From Betaproteobacteria bacterium SG8_41 (lineage in GTDB: Bacteria > Pseudomonadota > Gammaproteobacteria > Burkholderiales > SG8-41): a DNA stretch of 64,000 bases. The position numbers were made by a program, and so were the translations under genes. Positions 62,063-64,000 of this stretch are shown piece after piece (position 1 is the first letter of the stretch; the number at the start of each line of letters is the position of its first letter). The notes beneath the pieces were generated by a model. That model was not told the DNA's origin, ran no database searches, and saw nothing but the letters and a program-made list of their open reading frames with translations. The stretch lies in NCBI GenBank assembly GCA_001303585.1, contig LJTT01000018.1, positions 12,810-76,809 on the forward strand, given 5' to 3'.

Positions 62063-63844
62063 TTACCGATACTGTTTGGCGTTGTATTTCCGGTACTTCG
62101 GGAGCAGGCGGCGCGGCGGCCGGAAGGCATCCCGGCGGAAGGGCTCGCCCAGCTCCTGGGTCAGCATGACCTCCACCACCGAGGGCTTGCCGGACTTGAG
62201 CGCCGCCTTGAGCGCGTCGCTCACTTCGTCCTCGTGCTCGACGCGGTAACCTTCCGCTCCCATCACCCGCGCGACCTCAGAGAAATCCGGGTTCGCGAGA
62301 TTGGTTCCGACGAAGCGGTTGTCAAAGTAGTCGACCTGGTTCTTCTTCTCCGCGCCCCATTGGCCATTGTTGAAGACGACGGCGACCGCCGGGATCTTCT
62401 CTTTCACCGCAGTCATCACCTCGGCCAGGCTCATGCCCCAGGCGCCGTCGCCGACGTAGGCAATCGCTGCCCGGTCGGGCCGCGCAACCTTGGCGCCAAG
62501 TGCGGTGGGGTAGGCGTAGCCGCAGTTGCCCCAGCTCATTGCCGCGAGAAACGACAGCGGCTGCTCGAACTTGAGGTAGCTGTTCGCGACCGAACACACG
62601 TTACCAATGTCCGTCGAGACCATCGCGTTGCGGGGCAGAGCTTTCGCGAGCTGCGCCAGCGCACGGCGCGGTCCGATGTGGCCTTTCTTGTTCGGCGAAG
62701 GCCAGTTGGCCAGCTCGGCCGCCCAGGCCGCTTTTTCGATCTGCACCTGGGTGAGCCGCGCCTTGTCGGGTTTGCGCGCCCCGCGTGCCTTGATCCGCTT
62801 CAGCAGTTCCGCCGCCGCCAGCCGTGCATCGCCTTCGATGGCGAGTGAAGCCTTTTTCACCAAGCCCAGCGTGCGATGATCGGCGTCGATCTGGATGATC
62901 TTCGCGTTCTTCGGCCAGTAATCGAGACCATGCTGCGGCAACGTTCCGAACGGTCCGAGGCGCGAGCCCAGCGCGAGCACGACATCAGCGCGGGCGATGA
63001 TGTTCATCGCCGCCTTCGAGCCCTGATACCCGAGCGGCCCGCAGGCGAGTGGATGGCTTGCCGGAAACGAATCATTGTGCAAATAGGAATTCACCACCGG
63101 CGCGGTGAGGTGTTCGGCAAGCGCCTTCACTTCGCCAACGCCGTCGGACATGACGACCCCGCCGCCCGACAGGATGACCGGGAACTTCGCATCCGCGAGC
63201 ATCTTCGCAGCCTTGTCGAGGGCGGTGGACCCGCCGGCCGCGCGCTCGATGACGAGCGGCGGCAGGATCTCGTAGTCGCTCTCGCCATAGAAGTAGTCGC
63301 GCGGAATGTTGACCTGCACCGGCCCCCGTTCGTGGAGCGCAATGGTGAAAGCGCGATGCATGAGCTCTGCCATGCGCAGGGGGGAATTCACGTGCACTTG
63401 CCATTTCGTGATCTTGGAGAAGATCGGCATCTGCTCGGTTTCCTGGAAACCGCCATGCCCCGCAGTGAGACTGCCGGCTTCCGGTGTCACCACGACCATC
63501 GGCGTATGCGCCCAATATGCCGCAGCCACCGCGGTGACGAAATTGGTGATCCCGGGGCCATTCTGCGCGATGCATACGGTGGGCCAGTTGGTGACGCGGC
63601 CGTAGCCGTCCGCCATGTGCGCGGCATTCTGCTCGTGCGCAACGCTATAGAGGCGGATCCCCGCGCCCGGAAACAGGTCGAGTGCGTCCATGTAGGCCGA
63701 GCCGACGATACCGAACACGTCCTTGACCTTGTGCGCCACCAGTGTCTCGACAAACGCCTCGGATGGCGTCATCCGAACTTTGCCGGCGGGTAATTTGGCG
63801 GCATTGCTACCAGCGAGATTTTTCGCTTCGGTCATGTAATTCAT
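62063..63844 (-). CDS. xsc: ThDP-dependent enzyme of the acetolactate-synthase superfamily; best guess is sulfoacetaldehyde acetyltransferase (Xsc)-like
   Basis: 593 aa. The N-terminal Pyr domain (GIVGSAYMDALD, AHEQNAAHMADGYGR, NGPGITN, GGFQE), the ThDP motif GDGAWGMS, and the C-terminal QELGEPFRRDA resemble Xsc as I recall it. Confidence 0.6.
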   Translation of the reverse strand: MNYMTEAKNLAGSNAAKLPAGKVRMTPSEAFVETLVAHKVKDVFGIVGSAYMDALDLFPGAGIRLYSVAHEQNAAHMADGYGRVTNWPTVCIAQNGPGITNFVTAVAAAYWAHTPMVVVTPEAGSLTAGHGGFQETEQMPIFSKITKWQVHVNSPLRMAELMHRAFTIALHERGPVQVNIPRDYFYGESDYEILPPLVIERAAGGSTALDKAAKMLADAKFPVILSGGGVVMSDGVGEVKALAEHLTAPVVNSYLHNDSFPASHPLACGPLGYQGSKAAMNIIARADVVLALGSRLGPFGTLPQHGLDYWPKNAKIIQIDADHRTLGLVKKASLAIEGDARLAAAELLKRIKARGARKPDKARLTQVQIEKAAWAAELANWPSPNKKGHIGPRRALAQLAKALPRNAMVSTDIGNVCSVANSYLKFEQPLSFLAAMSWGNCGYAYPTALGAKVARPDRAAIAYVGDGAWGMSLAEVMTAVKEKIPAVAVVFNNGQWGAEKKNQVDYFDNRFVGTNLANPDFSEVARVMGAEGYRVEHEDEVSDALKAALKSGKPSVVEVMLTQELGEPFRRDAFRPPRRLLPKYRKYNAKQYR

Positions 63845-63923
63845 TGACTAGACTCCTCTCGAGGACGACGCGGCCGCCCGCAGGCGGCCGCGCCAGCCCG
63901 ATTATATATCATGACTCTCGCGA

Positions 63924-63937
63924 TGCAAGCGCTTTCA
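63924..63937. promoter_or_regulatory. Second LacI-type operator TGCAAGCGCTTTCA, upstream of the xsc-like gene
   Basis: The 16-nt tgcaagcgctttcatt is identical to 58930-58945. It lies 18-36 nt upstream of a TATAAT/TATATA -10 (63901-63908, minus strand). Confidence 0.55.
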
Positions 63938-64000
63938 TTTGGTCATGTCGCAGACTTTTAGTAGAGATCTTTTACATCCGGGCGCTCAAGCACACGCCGC

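Overview
This is a high-GC proteobacterial chromosome segment (roughly mid-60s % GC, judged by eye). It is almost entirely core housekeeping genes in beta/gamma-proteobacterial synteny. In order: tauE-like, pilU-pilT, yggS-proC-yggT-yggU, rng-maf-rlmH-rsfS-nadD, aceE-aceF, crotonase-hadh-phaC, a LiuR-like MerR regulator with a partial liu set, DUF2889, bacterial TopIB, MAPEG, MFS, GDSL esterase, a CrtI-like oxidoreductase, tRNA-Arg(CCG), a dihaem cytochrome c, apaH, a PfkB kinase, mscL, dgkA, a tandem glycine riboswitch with gcvT-gcvH-gcvPA-gcvPB, DUF3426-prmA-accC-accB-aroQ, tlpA-dsbD-cutA, hemC-D-X-Y, algZ-algR, argH, a fructosamine kinase, and LacI with a 1012-aa membrane/spermidine-synthase-like fusion and an xsc-like ThDP enzyme. 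I found no transposase, integrase, CRISPR array, defence system or secondary-metabolite cluster. The strongest unexplained signal is non-coding. Most operon-internal spacers carry paired short tandem-repeat arrays, mostly with a 7-bp period, whose cores are complementary: a GTGA-type array after the stop codon and a TCAC-type array before the next start codon. Other anomalies are a 108-bp in-frame insertion with an 11-bp flanking duplication in yggS, internal deletion plus frameshift in rsfS and gcvPB, a tpx N-terminal remnant inside the gcv operon, two regulator-operator pairs (LiuR-like and LacI-like), and an atypical 325-bp spacer upstream of aroQ. All calls come from reading the sequence and the ORF track by eye; no searches were run.
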